Shown: one piece after another, positions 1 to 14,391 of the stretch
How positions within the stretch are numbered: position 1 is the first letter of the stretch
Layout: each line of letters starts with the position of its first letter
From: the human T2T-CHM13v2.0 reference genome, Homo sapiens
Reading direction: 5' to 3' (one strand)
Assembly (NCBI RefSeq): GCF_009914755.1
Contig: NC_060933.1
Length of the DNA stretch: 64,000 nt
Notes under the pieces: generated by a model
Told to the model about the DNA's origin: nothing
Seen by the model: the letters and a program-made list of their open reading frames with translations, nothing else
Database searches by the model: none
Made by a program: the position numbers and the translations under genes

Positions 1-882
1 AAGTCCTACCCTTCACCATCTCCTCCCTCCCAGCCGTTCAGAGCTGTGATGACCCCAAATTAGGGCACCCCCAATCTGGAGGGCTAGCTCTGGCCACAGC
101 AAGACCCACATCCCCACACGCCTCGCTGGGTGCCTTCCACAAACCCCTCTCCCACTCTACAACCACAATCCTCCCCCTTGCCCCGCTTCCCCAACACGTT
201 TGATCCCCCAGCCGGCACCAGGGCGGGATTCTTAGATTAAGTCTCCAATTCATCAGCCTCTGAGAAGTATAATTGGGGCTTTTATGGAAAATCAGCTCAT
301 TATGCAAAGTGCAAGGGTTGTGAAAATGATTTTTTGAAGGAGCACGTTGGGCTCCTACCCAGCCATGAAATGAGGGAGAGATTCTTCAGGGCTGTGGGCT
401 TGGCTTGTGGGTTTTCAAGAAGGAAAGGGTTGTGTTAAACTAGAACCTTTTGCTAATCACTAACACTACAAAACGCTCGAAATGAAATAGTGTCTTGTGA
501 AGTGCTGGTGGCTGCCCCCAGAAGGTTCAATTCCCCATGGAAATCCCAGCCCATCCGGAGCAAGGTGGGACATTGCTCAGACGCAGCCACCAAGTGGGGC
601 TGCCTGGGAGGGTTGCCTGTCACCTGTCTCCTGAGCTCCCGGGTGAGCGTGTGAACCAGTGGAGGTCTGCGCTCAACCCCAAGGGCTGCAGAGGGAAAGG
701 ACCCAGGAAAAGTCCCAGAGTGGGGCTCAGAGGAGGGAGGGTGGAGGAGAAGGGCAGGAAAGCCAGGCCCCGGGGAGGAGGGCCTGCAGAGGTCTTCCTG
801 CAAAGCCTCGCTCTGCGCCCAGGAGGCCCTTCCCTTTGGCCTGCAAACACCTCCCCTTCGTCTCTCATGTCTGCCTATCCTG

Positions 883-1457
883 TGTGCAGAAAGGGGTAAC
901 TGAGCAGGCTTGGGGTGCTCAACCCCTCCACATGCCGAAGACAAGACTGGCTCTTGCTCAGCTCCTAGGAGATGACCTCTAACCTCTAAGCCCCGTAGTG
1001 TCTGCCAGATAGGCCCTCCGGATAAGAGCGTCTTTGTATACCTGAGGCGTTGGGCCACGCAGCGTATGCTCACAATGTGGTTTATGGTGGGGCTGTGGGC
1101 ATGCAGGATCAGTGTGGCCTCTGCAGGCGCTGGGGATGGAGTAACTAAGGTCAGCCTCACAGGCATGCCCAACCCCACCGGCCACCAGTGAGGACCCGCA
1201 CTCCAGGGCTTGGGTGGCAATGTTCTGTGGCTGTTGCCACACATGCCGACTGTCACACACCATTGCTGGGAGAACTGAGCACTATGCAGAAGGCTCTATG
1301 GGGAGGGGATAAATGGAAACCCACGCCCGATGTATCCTGGCTCCACCCCGGGGCCTTTTCCATTTGTTGATTTGACTCTAGATCTTTCTCTGCAACCATA
1401 ATGGCTTCTCCTGGTGAATCTGAGAACCTGAGGATGGTCTTGGGGACCCCACACACA
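883..1457 (+). mobile_element. Solo LTR, MER77/MER68-like (ERVL)
   Basis: Starts TGTGCAGAAAGGGGTAAC and ends GGTCTTGGGGACCCCACACACA (TG...CA); flanks tcctg/ccctg resemble a 5-bp TSD; matches remembered MER77 consensus. Confidence 0.75.
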
Positions 1458-1477
1458 CCCTGCTACTGTCACTGAGT

Positions 1478-1662
1478 GTGTTTACTGAGCCCTTCTCTGG
1501 GCCGAGCCCTGAGCCCTGGGATTTACAGGTCTCATCTCAATAAATCCGAGACGCCCCCAGTGTTTATCCTCATCTTGCAGATGTAAAAAGGGAGGCTCGG
1601 GGAGACATCTCCGGCATGAGGTCCACAGCTAAGCAGGACACAGACTTCAGAGCTGGGTCCAC
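1478..1662. mobile_element. MIR SINE fragment
   Basis: Degenerate MIR core TTATCCTCATCTTGCAGATG...GAGGCTC...GGTCCACAGCTAAG. Confidence 0.6.
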
Positions 1663-2884
1663 CGACATGCAGCCCTGGCTCGTCACACCTCCACTCGGGT
1701 CTCCTGTGGGGTGGCAGCCTTCAGGGCTGGGGTCTACAGTCCCAGTCCAGGGGGCCACTGTGCCCACATGCTGCCTGGGCAGTTCCCCGACCTGAGAGGG
1801 AAGAGGGCAGGTTTCCCTGTACATCTGCCAGCCCCAGGACCAGGGCCAGCAAGCAGGGCCAACCGACTGCTCTGCCCATCCTGGGAGGAGCGGCAGCGTG
1901 AAGCACCAGCAGCATCCTCTTGGGTTGGCTGGGTGGAGGGGCCAGAGACGTGGGGGACGGAGGGGGTGGCCCGGAGGGAGGGTGCCCACCCCGGGCCTCA
2001 AAGGGCCTCCCCATTCATCAATCAGCAGGACACACATGCAGGACAGATGCAGGGCCAGCCCTTTCCATGGTCCTCACCACCCCCGAAGCCACCAATGGGC
2101 TCCCGTTGCCACCTGTAAACCCCAAGGGAAACAGGCCCTCAGAGCTGCAGATGGGGCACCTCAGCCTCAGGAGGGCAGCGGCATCGAGAGCCTGACACGG
2201 GCACAGCTGGGACCCAGGACTGTGATCAAGGACTGTCTGCGGCAGGAGAGGGGATAGGGCTGTGGGCACCTGTGGCAGGACCACGCCAATGCCAAGCCGG
2301 GCCAATTGCCTCCCCAGGAACAGAATCAGGTCACTCGTCTGACGTGGGGTCTGCGGCACCAGGCCTCCAGTTTGGAAGAATGTCTAATGGATTTGGAGAA
2401 GAGATCAAAAGTCTAGTATTTTGTGCAGGAGCAATTAAAATGACTGATTTTTTGTTGCATGAATCTCTTTCCTGCCTAATATGTAAAAAAAACAAAACAA
2501 AACAAAACAAAAAAAAAACAGGCTGGGGAGTATAACCACGCCACTGACAGTACTGTATTGTCATGGGCTGGTGGAAAGGAGAAGGAACCATCATTTCTGG
2601 AAACAAAAACAAACAAAAAACACATAGTCTTTGTATCCAGAAATGATACTTTTAAAAACAATTAAACATGTTTTAAACGGTGCCTATTACAGACTTTGCA
2701 CCAGCTGGAAAATAGCCTATGCACCTGGCGGAGGGACTGGTGGGGCCTCAGAGGCATTAGTTATCCTCTAGAAAGTACTCAGGGTGCTGGGCACCGGGGT
2801 TTTGACTGCTATTCTTTATGCCCCAAATGTGTTCTAAATATTCTTTTGTATGTGCTTAATATTTAATTTTAAGAGTCTATCCAT

Positions 2885-3269
<385 letters not shown>

Positions 3270-5346
3270 TTAGGAACATTTACCCCTGCCCAGTGCCTCT
3301 GTGAACCTGAGCAAATGGCCCCCACCAAGGGGCAACTGCGCCACCCAAAAGCTCCAGTACCATCGTCCTGGGACCCCTCAGCCTGTAGTCATACACAGCA
3401 TCCCCCACGGATCACATCAGGGTAAGGCCCCTTCCCAAAGTCAGGGCACCCTCATGATGTCACCTGTGCCCAGATGTGACCCCATCCTCGCTGCTCTCAG
3501 GCCAGGCTCTCTCTGCCATTCCAGCCTCTCCTTCTCACCCTGCTGGCCCCTGTCCTCCCAAGGGTCTCCCAGACACACGTCCCCACCCAATCAGGAACCT
3601 GGTCTCCCTGACCTCAATCTGTGGGTCAGAATCCACAGTGACCAGTTCTCATCTGGGGCTGTTCTCTCCTCTCACAGACGCCCAAGTGCCCCATCCAAGT
3701 GTCAGAAGCAGGAGGCCAGATCACAGGGGTCATGGGACCCTCTGAGGCTGAATTTTGCAGTCCAAGCAGAATAAACGGAGAGTGGAGAAATTCCTTGGCT
3801 TGGCTTGTCCAGTGCCCTGCACAGGGACCTGCAGCCCCTAAGCCAGGCAAGTCCACCATGCTCCGGCGCCATCCCTGCAAACAGACCCCAGCTACCTCAT
3901 TCTCGGCACAGCCCCCGGTTCTGATGTGTGGAGAGTGCATTTAGGTAGGCAATGATCTGTGAAAGGATTAATTTGCTGATCTTATTACCTAAATCGAAAG
4001 AGATTTTGCAGCCGTCAGTAACATGCTTGCAAGATTTCCCCGGTGTGAGCTGAAGCCTCCCGCCCCCCACACCCCTTCCTGCAGCCGCCAACGGGTTACG
4101 CGACAACACGCTGCAAATGCATGATAAAGACACAGGCAGAGGGCATCTGCTTCCAACCCCAGTATCTGTGACAAGGCACGCTGGTGTCGATGGAGATGAA
4201 AGGACCCGGCCTTGGCAGCGCACTCCGGAGAGCTCACCTGATCCCTTTGTTCTGCGCGATGCTGTGCAGGGAGAGCCTCGACACCGCGGAGATGACCTGG
4301 GGGAGACAAGAAGAGACGCTCCTGTAATTTCACAAGAAACCAGAAAGGCATCACAGAACTGGGGACGCTGCTTTGCAGGACGTCGAGAACTGTTAACTGA
4401 GCACATCGCATCTGGGTAAGAAACACGGCATAGCGTTTTGTAGGCTAGACACTTGTTTTGTATTTGCTGAGCAAAACTTGTCATTTGGATGTGCTGGTAT
4501 TTGCGGGGCACTGCTGCACTCCCGGCTCCTGTGGCCATGCTGCTAACAACTCCCAAGCTGCTTCTCACCCAGAAAGGGTCTGTTTTGTCAGGGGCTGCCA
4601 GAGGGCTTCACCGAGGCCACCTTTAAAGGGCTCACTCATCCCATGCTGCTGTTCTGCAAGGTACCATATTACTAAGTACAGCTCGTGTTCACAGTAGGTG
4701 CCAACACATTTCAGAGATGAGGAAATGGGAGCCCAGAGAGGTCAAGTGACCTGCCCAAAGTCACCCAGCAGCCAGGGCACCACCCACATGCAAATATCCC
4801 AGGGTGCTGCTTGCTTCCCTTCAAGCCCTCCCTTGCATGACATTTAAACAGATGCCTGGCTCCATGGAGGGCTCGGGATGCAGAAGGTCAAGAGCTCCAG
4901 GTGCACAGTGGCATGACGGGATCTCTCCTTGTCTCCCCTGGCCGGCAGACTGGTCAAGAGGAAGGTTTGGTGAGAAGCAGTAGCCGCTCCTCCTCCCTCT
5001 GCTCCCCCTAACCGGCCTGCCCCGTGATGTGGGCCTCCTCTGGATAGGCAGGACCCACCTGTCTCCTGGCATTGAAAGCCCAACACAGCCACTCCACAGA
5101 TCTCCAAAGGGACAGGTGGCTAGCAGGCCGGAGACAGAGCAAGAGGCTCTGCAGATGAATACGGGGAACCCGCGGTGGGGGACAGGGAGCTGGCTGGCCC
5201 AGGGGCACAGGTTGTCACACACATGAGATGGGCGGGAAGCTGTCACAACTCACGGGGTGAATGGAGCTCCTGAGCGACAGACTCAGTCCCTGAGGAGGCA
5301 GGTGCGGCCTCGACATTGAAATCGCACCAAGTACATCTGTGAGTCC

Positions 5347-5459
5347 ATGTGTGTGACAGCTCGCGTGTGTGGTCGTGTGTGCATGTTGCTTGTGCGTGCT
5401 ACAAGTCTGTGTGCACTGCACGGCTGCGCAGCTGTATGTGCATGTGTGTACGTGTGTGT
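5347..5459. repeat. Degenerate (TG)n alternating purine-pyrimidine tract
   Basis: Runs of tgtgtg, gcgtg and gcatg. Confidence 0.7.
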
Positions 5460-6276
5460 CTGGGGGTGGGCAACAAGAAAAGGCCCACGACGGCCACGTG
5501 CCGAATTCATAGACACCCTCCACTGGGTGCTGGCGTCATAGGAACGGAGCCCAGAGGGCGCTCTGTGTGCCGGACACCACACCAGGGAACCCCACGAGGC
5601 CATCCTGCGCTGCACATTTGCTAGACAGGAAAACCGAGGATCGGTCACTTGCCCAAAGCTCCCCAGCCAGATGCACTCCCCAGGCTTCCCTTCAGCCTGT
5701 TCCGCTTCCAGCAGCAATTTTCAAAAGGGGAAGAGGAAAGAAAATGAACCATAGAGACGGCGGGTTCGACCAAGGAGGCGGCGGCTGAGTGCTGCCTTCC
5801 TGTACGTGCTCGTGATTCGGGACCGGCGCTCAGGGAAGCTGGGGTCATGGAAGGACAGGGTCCTTCTGTGCTTCCTCACACAAGACTCGATGGGCCCATT
5901 ATGCGGCCAGCCCAGCCGCACTCCCATGCTGATGCTACAAGGGGCCTTTCACAAGTAATGAGGAACTTGGCTCTGGAGTGTTTTTGGCTTTTAAGAGCTC
6001 TAAGCATTTAGGGAAAACAAAAATGAAAGCAATATTGCTGTACGTCCTTACAGTTATTTGGAAGAATGTTAGATCCCAAAGGGTTTGGCAACTACAGGGC
6101 ACCCAAGCCCCCTCTCACACACCTCCTGCGGCAGACGTGGCTGATCAATCCCTCCGAGGAGCCGGGCGCAGGCCCAGAGCCCTCCTCCGTGGAGTCTAAG
6201 GAGGCACCAGCATTCGGTCAGCGCTGACACACAAGAACCTGTTTGTCAACCTGGAGTCAGCGCAAAGGCCCCAGGT

Positions 6277-6317
6277 CGGGTCGTACAGATGGAACCGGGT
6301 CGTACAGATGGAACCGG
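6277..6317. repeat. Perfect 19-bp tandem duplication
   Basis: cgggtcgtacagatggaac x2 followed by cgg. Confidence 0.9.
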
Positions 6318-7454
6318 AGACAGAGAGGAGGCGTGGCGGGCGAGCCAGCCAAGGCCAGAACATGGTTCTCCTGCGTCCATGCATCTGTGGCCCCTGTGGA
6401 CAATTTCTACAGCTGCTATGACCACAGCAGCCTCAGCCCCAAGCTTGGGGCGCTTTGCCCCAGGATGAACGTGTCACGAGCAGCTGATGAAGGGCTCTGG
6501 AGGGCCTGCAGCATCGATGGGGCAGCCCCTTCCATGGGTTCAGCATGGCCAGCTATGCTGGAGGAGCCCTGGCCCTCCATCGGCCTGAATTTCAGGCTTC
6601 CTAGCTGGCACTGGGGATGGGGGGAAGCTCAGAAGTCCACCACGGGGAACCACACTCCAGTGACCCAAAACCCAGGGCAGGGGCTGCTGGAGCAGACACC
6701 GGACCCCTGAGATAGCCATGGGGTCAGATGGGGCAAAGCCGGCCCCATGTGAAACCCACTGGCCTGAAAGGTTAGGAGCAGAAGTACCTCCCTGCAGGAG
6801 GAGGGATGCCCTACAGTAGCTCCCCAGGGCACCTCTGGCTGTGCCCACCCCACTCCCAGGACAGACAGAGAGCTGGGTGTCCCCAGGGGCCCGGCTCTCA
6901 GGCAATGATCAAACACCTCTTAGCCCACAGCCCCAGCCGACTCTTCCGATATCGCAAATGTCAAAGGATGACATTTTCCCTACTTTTATTACCTCGTCTG
7001 TTCCGAGTCCCAGTTAACAAACGAATGAAGACGCACAGCTGCATTTCCCTTCCTGCCTCCCTCCCTCTCCCGCAGACAGCCGCGGGGCAGGAGGAAAGGA
7101 ATGTGTGTGTGCTGGGGACGAGGAACAGGGAGGAAAGACAAGAGGAATGATGTGCCACTCAAAACGACCAGGCATGCTGGGGAGCCCACCTGCACCGCCA
7201 GCTCCCAAAGCTTCAGGCCTCTGTGCCATTCACCAACGTCCAGGCCTCACCAGGCCACGCTTGGTGAGACTCACTGAGGAACGAGGTGGGGACTGGAGAG
7301 CTCAGAGGACAGGCTGTGGTGGTTGAGTCTGGATCCTGGATGGCAGCCCTGGCTCCATCCCCACCCAACCATGGCCTGCTCTGACCTCAGGTTCCAAGAC
7401 ACCGGCAGCCCGTCAGCCTCCACACAGCCACAGCACAACCTTTTAAAGGCGGCA

Positions 7455-7565
7455 CTTTAAAAGACAGACCCTAGGTCCTACCCCCGCCACCCCACAGGCT
7501 CTGGGGCCTGGGAATCTGCATTTATAGTTCAGGGCCCATGTGGCTGGATATGCAGCCCGCTGGGG
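7455..7565. mobile_element. MER5-like DNA transposon fragment (hAT-Charlie)
   Basis: CTGGGGCCTGGGAATCTGCATTT and GATATGCAGCC motifs typical of MER5. Confidence 0.5.
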
Positions 7566-8224
7566 CCCTCTGTCCCCTAAGGACTGGCCAGACGGGTAAC
7601 GCCACAGACTGGGTCAAAGCCTGCGGGAAGCCAGGAGCACGTCCCAATTGTCCACTTGTGGACTCCTCGCAGAGCCAGGGTCCCTGAAGCCCCTCCACAA
7701 TGGACAGGGAAGCAGAGGGTTCAGGAAGGACACAGGAAAGGGCATGCGGTCTGTGAGCTCCTCCGGGGTAGGAACAAAGTTGGCTTTGCTGAATGATTTA
7801 TCTCCAATGTCTTCAGGTTGTAGGCCCATCAGCTGTAACTCCACCTGAGAAACCTTTAGATCACAGTGACTGTAAATGCAAAGCTCTATGCTGCAGGTTC
7901 AGCAGAGGATAGGAAGCCTCAGTGCTCCCAGAGCCCAGGCACCGAAAACTCCACGTGATGGGTCCTTCCGCAAAAACACTTCGGCATTTTTACTTTACTG
8001 CACCAAGTTTCCAAACTGAGGACAGAGGTGCTGTGCTCACAGTATTTGCAACTTAAACATCCACAATCAAAACTCAAGACAGGGCCAGGAAGAAAAAGGA
8101 AACGTAGACTGCGGATTCACTGTAGGACAATCACCCAATCTTGCATGGCCTTCTGGAAAGAACCCAGATGTCTAGCTATTCACATGTGACCTCATCCCAG
8201 TCTCCACTGCCCCTTCTGCACTTT

Positions 8225-8640
8225 CCCTCTGCATCTTCTGCCTCACTTCTTTTTCACACCTCCTGTAACTTCATTCCTCTGTGCTGTATTCTTAGTGACT
8301 TCCTCGGTTCTGTCTTCTGATTCATTAATTCTCCCTTCGGCTCCACCTAGACTACTGTTTAAGACACATACTGAGTTTTTCATTTCAACAATCTCAATTT
8401 TCATTTTGAGAATTTCTATTTAGTTCTTTTCTCAAATTCCATCTGTTCTTTTTGTCTTGCTTGTTTGCTCATCATTTTCTCTTCTTTTCTTTTGCATTCT
8501 GTTCCTTTTTTCCGAGAATAGAAATTCTCTCTCATCGACTGCATCTGCTAGCCCCCTCCCACATGCTGATTTGTTTCTTTTTGAGCACCAGCTGGCTAGT
8601 CTGGTAAACATACATATATTCACAGATTATATGTATTGTG
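8225..8640 (-). mobile_element. Old L1M/HAL1-like fragment
   Basis: T-rich, low-GC block with TTCATTTTGAGAATTTCTATTTAGTTCTTTT, resembling an antisense old L1 ORF1-region relic. Confidence 0.55.
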
Positions 8641-9385
8641 TATAAACACACGTATATATTGTTCTATGCTGTAAGTGCATCCTCAGTGGGAATTGTTTTC
8701 CATGGGTGGAGGGAGCCCCCAGGCTCTGAGAGACATAACTATGAGGGCTCTCCTGGTTTCCCCTGGCTTTCAGGCCCCACTCCATGCCTGGTGCCAAAGC
8801 AGGGTGTATCCTGCCAGAGACTGTTTCCCTGCCCAGCCTGGGATGGTCAGCTGCTTCTGTGTGCCAGGGTACAGCTCTCTGGTCCCCATTCCATGGCTCT
8901 CTCAGCCTTCCTGGCTCAGCTCTCTGCACTGCCTCCATTCCATCTCCCTCACCTCCACCATGATGCAACCCCCGCTGTTAGGGCCCAAGCCCTAGGGTGG
9001 GCCTGGTTCCAGGCCCCCCAGGGGGTGGGTGGGGAGCCAAGCTGGCCTGGCTCCTCTTTCTGTCTTTGACATCCCTCTTGGTTTCTGACAATTGAGGATT
9101 TCCCTTTCTAGTTCTAAGCCTAGTAATCATGTTTTAGTTTGCATTATTTCATTTAAAGAGGGATTCTACGTGTTGGGGGGAGGGGAGGAGCCCACGCTCA
9201 CTGGACCACTGTGTTTTGTAGAAATCCCTACGCCTTCTGCAGAGCAGGAACTCACAAGAACCTCCAAGCAAAACAGCCGTCAAATCACCATGAGCCTGCA
9301 GCCCATCGGTGGGAGTGAGGACACGCCTACTCAACATCAGTCAGTGTGGGGGCAACTGCGCTGCGATGATTTTAAAGAGGAGCCT

Positions 9386-9749
<364 letters not shown>

Positions 9750-11758
9750 TCACAGGGTGGCAGCGTGGGGCAGTGACATGGAAGCGGGAACTCCGGGCCG
9801 CACAAGTTCAGGTTCGAATGTCAGCCTCCCCCTCGGAGCTGGGGCAAACTCTCAGCCTCCCTGAGCCTGTTTCCTCAACAGTAAAACACGGTCCTAACAG
9901 AGGTCTCGTCACAAGGCTGCTGGGGCCTGCAGGAGGACACGCCCCTGCAGGGGACACAACACCGCCCGTGAGTGCCGAGTGAGGACACGGCCATGGGTCT
10001 GCTGAGGGTCCCGGCGCTCCCTGCAGAGCCGGGGCAGGCGTCTGTCCACATAGGGTCCTCAGAGCAGGTCTGCAGCTGGGCAGGCCAAGGCCAGCATCAA
10101 GGCTCAACACCCAGTGCCCACCAGGCCTCCCTCCAGGAAGCCCATCTCGCCAGGTGGTGCGTGCGCAACTCTAGCTTTCTCTTTCTGGCGCCTTGGAGAG
10201 ATGGAAGCCAAAAAAGTGACCCAATCACCCTGCACTTGAGCCAGTGAAGCCACTGAGTGCCCCCATGGTGGGGCCGCCTGGGGCCCTAGGGAAGGGTGCC
10301 ACGTGCTCTGAAAAGGCTCACAAGTCCCCGGCACCCTGCAGGCCCCTCTCTGACCCTCGTCAAGCCTCCAGGAGTACTGGCTTTGCTTAGAGCCTCTGGA
10401 GGGAATCTCCCTTTCCAGGACCCCCTGGCAGGGCCAGCCACACCCTCCTGGCCACCACCTACAGACCCCAATGCACCAGGTGAAGACAAGAGTAGCAGCA
10501 GCCAATGGCTTTCAGTGCCCCGCAAGCCCTGTGCAGTGCTAGACCTGAGATGTCCCACCCAGCTCTCGCCACCTGGAGCTGGAAAGGACATGCACCTTCT
10601 CCCAGGAGGAGCAAGGCTCTGTCGCATCCAGCGACCCATCCATGGTCCTCTAGCTGGACGACTGAGGATGCTAACAACTGCCAGGAGAAATGGTCCAGTG
10701 TGGGGCGGTCCACCTGGCGCCGGCTCAGCTGAGTGCTGGGCTCACAGCAGCCTCCAGCATCGTTTCCTGAACCAATGGAAATGAGCCACTCCTCCCACAC
10801 CGCCTACAGGAATTGCTCAGACAGGGATCTGAGGTCTCGGGAAGAGTCCCGGCTGTTCTCCACCCAAGGCCCCAAGTGCACCTCGGACAGACAGACCAGG
10901 AGACTTGGAGTGAGAGAGCCACTGGCTTCTCCAATGATTGTTAACTGTCTTGTTCCATGTTTAAAAGTCCCCTTCATCTTGAGGAAACTTCCCAAGGTGG
11001 CCACAGGAATCCTCGCTGCCCTCCATGCTTCTCGATCTGAAGTAACGGTTGGGTCCTGACTCAACCCAACTGCTGTGAGCTACCCGGGGCTCGGGTCTGT
11101 GTGGCAACACGAGGGGCAACCTGCCCACAGCACAGCAGGCACCGCATCCCCATGAGGTGGGGCGCGGTGGGGAGAAGGAAGAGAAATGAGTCTTCTGGTT
11201 CTGGCCAGGAGATGCTCTGCGAATGGGGAAGAGCCCAGACTGCCCTGGGTTCAAATCCGCCCTTCCCGGGCACCGTGCTGAGGCTCCCTGAGGCTCGGTT
11301 GGCTCATCTGTGAGATGGGGATAACAGTGTCTACCCGTGTGGCTGTAGGTGAATGAGACGGAGCCTGGCCCAAAGCAGGGACTCGCGCACAGCTTGCGGA
11401 AAGGGGACTGTGCCCGATCAGAAGGTCCACGGAGGGACTCATGGCTGCACTCCATCCTCCACTTGCTCGAATGAAGAAACAAAAACAGAGCAAAGTACTA
11501 GGCTCAGGGCCAGAAGCGTGCATGTTTGTTATGACTTTAGAAGACACTCAGAACCCCTGAAGGGTCCCGCCATCTCCTGGGAATGCCGCTCTGGCCCGTC
11601 CTATCCCTGCAGCCCCACAGCTTCCCCTGCTACTTGGGATGTGAACCTGAGCACGTGGTTCCTCCAGCCAAACCTCAGTCAAGACACTCAAGCCAGGCAA
11701 TAGTGACCCAGAACAATGACCCAGGTGGATGCAGGTGTGCCTTACAAAGGGAAATCAA

Positions 11759-12148
<390 letters not shown>

Positions 12149-12187
12149 GTCCCATCTCTTAAACAACGACAACAACAAAGTCTTTAA

Positions 12188-12499
<312 letters not shown>

Positions 12500-13529
12500 T
12501 TGGAGCCCTGAGCCACACTGGCGACCATGTGATGAGCCATCCGCCGACCCAGCCTGCTCTCAGAGGCTCTGCCGATCAGAAGAGCTTTCTGGCCCCGACC
12601 CTCCGACTGTCATTAGCAATCAGTAAGCAGGAACTGCACAGACCTGGCCCCAGCCGCAGACCTTCCTTATCAGCCATTACCACACATCTGGAAACACACA
12701 CGCACACGCAGCCCAACGGAGCCAAATGGCAAGATTATCAAACTCATTTGAATATGTTGCCCCGGAAACTCACCTATCTGCCTTGGAAATCTACAGCTAC
12801 TATTGCTGCATATTCAGAAGCAAATCATTATAAATTACTTTCTCTAACTCAGCCTGTGTTATCCTTCATTTTTTTTTCTTTTTTCTTGTGGAAAGCACGG
12901 ACAGAAAAATTTGGGGTACTTGCCTTCAGAATGACAAGCGACCATCGAGTAGTGATAATTACAAAACATGTGCAATCACAGCTTCACATTCAGGTTTTGC
13001 CACCAGGAGGAGGCTGGAAAAACAAAAGCGAGCAGGAAAGGCACTTCTCAGCCAGTGCATTGGGCAATGGCAGGGCTGTGGGGCCCAACATCAATATCAG
13101 AAGTTTCTTCTAGGGGGCCGGCAGAGTGCAGGAAGAGAGGTGGGAGCCGCCCCCAGGCCCCAAGACAGCTGAGCGGCAAAATGAAAAATGCCACTCACTC
13201 GAGCCAGGCAACTAGCAGCGACTCTGAAGGGGAATGCATGAAAGGAGGGTCTGGTTGTCCTTACAAAGAAGATCAGGGCTCGAAAGTCATTTAGAAGGAA
13301 AGAAAAAGGTGAGAGCAACTTCTCTGTAAATGAACAGCTCAGAATTGGCCCACTCTTCCTGGAGCTTTCAACAGGATGTAAAAATGATACCCAAATATAT
13401 ACTTCCTCATCTCAGTGGGTCTGGATCAACACCTTCAAATGCAGGAGTCTGAGAGACCACCTGAGCCTTGGGGACCAGCAGCCCGAATCTTTGTGTCTTA
13501 CACTCTGTGGGTGCTCCTTGTCTATGACA

Positions 13530-14391
13530 TAGATGGATAAGTCGGTGGGTGGGTGGATGGATAAGTGGGTGGGTGGGTGAACAGACGGATGGATCAGCAG
13601 ATGAGTGGACAGGTGGGTGGATGGACAGATGGATGGATAAGTGGGTATGTGGGTGGATAAGTGGGTGGGTGGGTGGATGGATGGATAGATTGATGAGTGG
13701 ATGGGATGGGCAGATGGATGGATAAGTGGGTAGGTGGGTGGGTGGATGGATATGGGTGAGTGCGTGGGTGGGTGGGTGGATGGATGGATGGATGAGTGGA
13801 TGGATGGGCAGATGGGTAGACGGGTGGGTGGGTGGGTAGATGGATGGATGGATGGATGGATAAGTGGGTGGGTGGGTGAACAGATGGATGGATGGATGGG
13901 CAGACAGGTGGATAGATGAGTGGGTGGGTGAATGGGTGGATAAATGCGTGGGTGGGTGGATGGATGGATGGATAAGTGGGTGGGTGAACAGATGGATGGA
14001 TGGATGGGCAGATGGATGGGTGGGCAGATGGATGGATAGATGAGTGGGTGGATGAATGGATGGCTGGCTGGATGGATAAGTGGGTACGTAGGTGGGTGGG
14101 CAGATGGATGGATGGATGGACAGATGGATAGATAAGTGAGTGGGTGGGTGGATGGATAAGTGGGTGGGTGGATGGATGAATTGGGGGTGGATGGATGAAT
14201 GGAGGGGCGGATGGACAGATGGTAAATGGGTGGGTGGATGGATGGATGGATGAATAGATGGACGGACGGATGGATGGATGGATGGACAGATGGATGGATT
14301 GATTGATGGATGGATGGATGGATGGAGAAGCGGATGGATGGATGGATGGATGGATGGATGGATGGATGGATGGATGGTGGGTAGATGGATG
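13530..14391. repeat. (GGAT)n/(GGGT)n tetranucleotide simple repeat, ~860 bp
   Basis: Continuous tggatgga/gggtgggt units; explains the spurious 355-aa HPSI ORF. Confidence 0.97.

Noticed and set aside
7440-7463. 9-bp stem hairpin cttttaaag/ctttaaaag
   Set aside because: A few such stems are expected by chance in 64 kb.
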